Assembly (NCBI GenBank): GCA_047602425.1
Contig: JASGHG010000001.1
Coordinates: 1,792,001 to 1,856,000, forward strand
Origin: Nibricoccus sp.
GTDB lineage: Bacteria; Verrucomicrobiota; Verrucomicrobiia; Opitutales; Opitutaceae
Reading direction: 5' to 3'
DNA: 64,000 nucleotides
In this document: positions 60,849 to 64,000 of the stretch, piece after piece
Position numbering within the stretch: position 1 is the first letter of the stretch
Layout: each line of letters begins with the position of its first letter
Position numbers and translations under genes: made by a program
Notes under the pieces: model-generated
The model's database searches: none
Told to the model about the DNA's origin: nothing
What the model saw: the letters and a program-made list of their open reading frames with translations, nothing else

Positions 60849-61955
60849 ATGCGCATAGGATCGATTGAGCTAGCCTCGCCGTTGTTTTTGTCGCCATTAG
60901 CCGGATACACCAACCTGCCGATGCGTTTGACGTTGCGCGAACTGGGCGGTCTCGGCTGGGCCACGACCGATCTGGTCAATGCCCGTTCACTCATCGAACG
61001 CAATCCGAAGGCGCTTCAACTTGTCCGCACTTCACCCGCCGACCGGCCCATGGCGATCCAGCTATTTGGTTCGGTGCCAGAGGAAATGCGCGAGGCTGCG
61101 AAAATCTGCGAGGACATGGGCGCGGCCTCCGTCGACATCAACATGGGTTGTCCCGTGAAAAAGGTCGTCGGCGTGGGCGGCGGCGCAGCCATGATGACCG
61201 AACTAAAAAAAACCGCCACACTGGCTCGCGGCATGGTCGAAGCGGTGAAAATTCCCGTCACGGCCAAAATGCGCCTCGGCTGGGATGAGCAAAATCTCAC
61301 CGCTCCCGACCTCGCCCGCGTGCTGGTCGACGTGGGGATTGCGGCGATCTTCGTGCACGGCCGCACGCGAGCCCAAGGTTTCAGCGGCATGGTCAACCTC
61401 GCGGGCATCCGCTCCGTCGTCGAAGCCGTGTCCACCGTTCCGGTGATCGGCAACGGCGATGTCACCACACCGGAATCGGCCAAAAAGATGATCGAGGAAA
61501 CCGGCTGCGCGGGTGTGAGCGTGGGGCGCGGCGCGTTCTACGATCCATGGATTTTCAAACGCACTGACGAACTGCTCCGCACCGGTCATGTGCCGCCCGA
61601 ACCGTCGTTTGCCGAACGGCTGCGTGTCATGCGAAGGCATTTCGGTTTGGCGGTTGAAGTCTTCGGGGAAGAACGCGGTTGCCGGATGTTTCGCCAGATC
61701 GCGCCGTGGTATGCGAAGCGGTTCGGCCCGGCGGTGGAGTTCAAGAAACGTATCATTAAAATAACCACGCGGGCCGACTTTGATGCGGCGCTAGAAGGTT
61801 ATCTCGACTGGCGAAAACAGTTTTGCGACGAGCACGGCGAACTGCTGCCGCGTTTCCAGCCCGCGCCGCTCGTGGCGTCGTTCATGCGCACCTCGGATGA
61901 CGCCGGGGATACTCACGCGATCCCCGTGCCCAAGGGGCCGGTGGAACGCTGGTAA
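60849..61955 (+). CDS. dusB: tRNA-dihydrouridine synthase
   Basis: PLAGYT, QLFG, DINMGCPV, K.RLGWD, HGRTR, IGNGD. Confidence 0.93.
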   Translation: MRIGSIELASPLFLSPLAGYTNLPMRLTLRELGGLGWATTDLVNARSLIERNPKALQLVRTSPADRPMAIQLFGSVPEEMREAAKICEDMGAASVDINMGCPVKKVVGVGGGAAMMTELKKTATLARGMVEAVKIPVTAKMRLGWDEQNLTAPDLARVLVDVGIAAIFVHGRTRAQGFSGMVNLAGIRSVVEAVSTVPVIGNGDVTTPESAKKMIEETGCAGVSVGRGAFYDPWIFKRTDELLRTGHVPPEPSFAERLRVMRRHFGLAVEVFGEERGCRMFRQIAPWYAKRFGPAVEFKKRIIKITTRADFDAALEGYLDWRKQFCDEHGELLPRFQPAPLVASFMRTSDDAGDTHAIPVPKGPVERW

Positions 61956-62043
61956 TGCAATTACGTCCGAGCCAAACCAACAAGGGTGCAACAAAATCGC
62001 GCCCTTGTTCAAAAGAAACAGCGCCACAGTGCGCGTCATCCAA

Positions 62044-63219
62044 TCAGTAGCGCCGCGAAAGAACCGCGCCGGTGTCGTCGCGGAAAATCAACAGCTTGGC
62101 TTCGGGCTCGATCTTGAAGAGGGTGATGGCGAGCTTGGGATCCACTTCGGCGCCCACGTTGTACATTCTGCCGTTGAGCATGGCGCGCGGATTTTCGCCT
62201 TGGAAGACTCCATTAACGCGAAGATTGACGACAAACTGGCGGAAGGGCGCACTGGGCGGCACAGCTGGTTCGGCTTGGGTGGTTGTCACCTCTTCGACGA
62301 TTGGAGTGCGCGGAGGAGTGTCGGGTGTTAAGATATTTTGCGGCCGTTCGGGCGCGGCCGGCGCGGGCGTGGCAGTTGGCGCAGGTTCATTGAGCAAGCC
62401 CGTCGTTCCAGCTGTGCGTTCACGTTGTTCGACAGCGGTAACTGCATCGCGCGCTTGGGCAATGGCTTTGCCCGCTGCGGAGGTCGGTTTCTCAACCAGC
62501 TTGGTTTGGCTGCCGGGCAACGGTTTTGCCGGAGCAGCAGTGGTCGCAGCGCTGGGGTCCGGATTCGCAGGCTTTTCCTCACTGGCAGCGGCAGCGGGTT
62601 TGCCGACGGCTTTTGGTTTTGGATTGGCCTTAAGAAGCTCACGGACGCCATAGGTCGCACCGGCCAGCACAAGCACCAATACTACCACGCCAGCCAGCCA
62701 TTTGTCGGCTTTGATTGTCCGCTCAGGCGGAGCGCTCGTGGGCAATGGCGCTGGTGGCGACGGAGAAGCGGGCGGCAAATCGGAAAGCGCGCGTGGAGTC
62801 GGCAGATGTTGCGGCGTCATCAGCGAGGTCGGCGGACGAAAAACCGGCGTCGGTTTCGCTGAAGGAGGTCGAGGGACAGGAACGGACGCCTCAGGCGGAG
62901 GCATGTCGGCCATTGGTGCGGGCGGAATGGCTGCAGCGGGCGGAGGAGTCGGCGCAGGCGGGATGGGCGGGTTGGAAAAAGGTACAGGCGTTTCGGCCGG
63001 TGACGCCTCGGGCGGCGGAACCTTCGGCTTCAGTCGAAACTTCATCGGCTCCGCCGCAGATGGTTGTGCCGAAGGGGGTTCGGTTTGCTCAATCGGCGTT
63101 GCAGCTTCAGGAGGAGCAGCTGGGGGCGTTGGCGCCGGGGGCGGGTTCCCGGGGGTTGAAGCGGGGTTGGCGCGCGGTTTGAGTCGGAGAGAAAGAGGCG
63201 GAGGCTGCTCGTCACTCAT
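62044..63219 (-). CDS. Pro-rich single-pass membrane protein with GspB-like C-terminal domain
   Basis: Long Pro-rich N-terminus, TM, then LRVNGV...RAMLNG.MY.VG. Confidence 0.7.
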   Translation of the reverse strand: MSDEQPPPLSLRLKPRANPASTPGNPPPAPTPPAAPPEAATPIEQTEPPSAQPSAAEPMKFRLKPKVPPPEASPAETPVPFSNPPIPPAPTPPPAAAIPPAPMADMPPPEASVPVPRPPSAKPTPVFRPPTSLMTPQHLPTPRALSDLPPASPSPPAPLPTSAPPERTIKADKWLAGVVVLVLVLAGATYGVRELLKANPKPKAVGKPAAAASEEKPANPDPSAATTAAPAKPLPGSQTKLVEKPTSAAGKAIAQARDAVTAVEQRERTAGTTGLLNEPAPTATPAPAAPERPQNILTPDTPPRTPIVEEVTTTQAEPAVPPSAPFRQFVVNLRVNGVFQGENPRAMLNGRMYNVGAEVDPKLAITLFKIEPEAKLLIFRDDTGAVLSRRY

Positions 63220-63360
63220 GGGTCGGTATCATGTTGGCTGGCGGAAAAATTGGAATAAAAAGGTTGGTGCCTGACCGTTTTTTCGACGTGCTAAACATTA
63301 ATTCATTACTCGACGCTTTGACAGCAACCCTTCCGTAAGTTTTAGGTCAAAAACTCCCAC

Positions 63361-63639
63361 ATGCGCATTCCAGCCCTCTTCGTCCTCCTTGCCGCCCTCA
63401 CGCTCAGCAGCAGCGGTTGCTTCAGCTTTACCAAACACAAGCCGATTGCCGGCGAGGTGGAGGAAAGCTTCAAAAATCGCTGGATTGCGAAACGCATGAG
63501 CGAGCTTCAGACCACCGGGAAGGCGACCGATCCCCGCGAAGCCCGCGCGATCGCGCTCGAGGAGTTTAAAAAGAAATACGAGTACACCGCCGTCTCAAAA
63601 AAGCCCGATCCCGTGTCGAGCAGTGCGACGAGTCCGTAA
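63361..63639 (+). CDS. Small lipoprotein
   Basis: Lipobox SSGC. Confidence 0.7.
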   Translation: MRIPALFVLLAALTLSSSGCFSFTKHKPIAGEVEESFKNRWIAKRMSELQTTGKATDPREARAIALEEFKKKYEYTAVSKKPDPVSSSATSP

Positions 63640-63709
63640 GGCACAATATGCCTCGGACGCGGCGATTTTTTCCCAAGATCCGAGTTCGTGTGGGGTCGCT
63701 GGTCTCTAT

Positions 63710-63743
63710 AAAAAAGGCGCCGGCCAATACAAGCCGACGCCTT
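63710..63743 (-). terminator. Rho-independent terminator
   Basis: Minus strand AAGGCGTCGGC...GCCGGCGCC-TTTTTT. Confidence 0.6.
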
Positions 63744-63777
63744 AAGTGAAATGAATATCGGTTATTGAGCGCGTCGC

Positions 63778-64000
63778 TCAAGGAGTGGCCGTCGGACGGC
63801 GCACGGGAGGGGTTAGGTTTTGAAGCCAGAAGCCGCCATATTGTTTATAGGCCTCGTAGCCGCGCGGGGTCAGCGTGGCGGAAAGTTTATTCGCGGCCTC
63901 CTGCGACAAGGCACTGAGTTGTGCGGTGCGGGCCTCGGACGACAGTGAAGTATCGCGCCGCACGGCGTTGGCCTTCTGCTGAATATCCTGCTGGATATTG
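63778..64000 (-). CDS. C-terminal fragment of another paralogue of the 52245/53462 family (runs off window)
   Basis: AQLSALSQEAANKLSATLTPRGYEAYKQYGGFWL aligns with LLTPSGA.AY...G.WL. Confidence 0.75.
   Translation of the reverse strand, partial: NIQQDIQQKANAVRRDTSLSSEARTAQLSALSQEAANKLSATLTPRGYEAYKQYGGFWLQNLTPPVRRPTATP

Overview
GC-rich bacterial chromosomal window. The gene repertoire suggests Verrucomicrobiota, probably Opitutaceae; this is an inference from the ADOP-type permease, DUF5069, an ECF sigma factor with a long C-terminal extension and the TonB receptor style. It holds about 57 CDS. Plant-polysaccharide genes dominate: 2x GH43, GH127/146, GH31, 2x PL10, GH28, GH9, TonB-dependent receptors, and AraC and IclR regulators. 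Housekeeping and stress genes include qor, a GltP-like symporter, a thyA-like gene, pfkA, osmC and dusB. I recognised no rRNA, tRNA, CRISPR array or intact transposase. Most notable: (1) an orphan, shortened Hcp/TssD gene convergent with an orphan protein that has a His-Me-nuclease-like motif; (2) a membrane-anchored helical domain family present six times, once fused to an ECF sigma factor; (3) a tandem pair of orphan paralogues sharing a 32-bp upstream motif; (4) two inverted copies of a REP-carrying MITE-like element; (5) a dispersed TGTCA-N9-TGACA palindrome; (6) a receiver/Hpt/HDOD protein lacking both phospho-acceptors; (7) two single-base frameshifts (thyA-like gene, TonB receptor). All family calls come from motif recognition by eye; no database searches were run.
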